From Verrucomicrobiota bacterium (GTDB lineage Bacteria > Verrucomicrobiota > Verrucomicrobiia > Limisphaerales > Palsa-1400), in assembly GCA_049510745.1 (NCBI GenBank), contig JBEKYR010000004.1:1-64000 (forward strand): DNA of 64,000 nt. Direction: 5' to 3'. The first letter of the stretch is position 1, and each line of letters starts with the position of its first letter. The position numbers were made by a program, and so were the translations under genes. Under the pieces are notes generated by a model. The model made no database searches, had not been told where the DNA came from, and saw nothing but the letters and a program-made list of their open reading frames with translations. Below are positions 63,999 through 64,000 of this stretch, one piece after another.

Positions 63999-64000
63999 CT

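Noticed and set aside
1..64000. tRNA, rRNA, prophage, integrase or transposase genes
   Set aside because: None recognisable by eye; any enzymes mobilising the small elements, other than possibly GxxExxY, must be encoded elsewhere.

Overview
GC-rich bacterial chromosomal segment, most likely Verrucomicrobiota. This is inferred from a PVC-type dehydrogenase fragment, a membrane-tethered ECF sigma factor, a long GreA-domain protein and surface proteins ending in an F(Y/F)RL tail. The backbone is housekeeping: hisD, coaX, glnE, ppk1, xseB-dxs-rlmD, an envelope glycosylation cluster, ClC and SulP transporters, cutA, a ClpX-like ATPase, glgB, infA, rsmB, valS and cimA. I found no rRNA, tRNA, CRISPR, integrase or transposase gene. 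The intergenic gaps hold many small mobile or selfish structures. (1) A GxxExxY nuclease gene bracketed by 10-bp-periodic inverted repeats is amplified as a 4-unit tandem array, each unit carrying the cimA 3' end and the valS start, and architecturally similar empty inverted-repeat elements occur elsewhere. (2) A vapBC islet is flanked by a 56-bp duplication of a host gene 3' end. (3) An integron-type gene cassette has an attI-like junction and a truncated attC but no intI. (4) Two copies of a MITE each carry a REP-like multi-hairpin core, and one has a 30-nt mini-hairpin inserted with no target duplication. (5) There are GACCCC-ended inverted-repeat termini with stuttered ends and several antitoxins whose toxins appear to be deleted. 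All family assignments come from motif recognition by eye; no database search was run.
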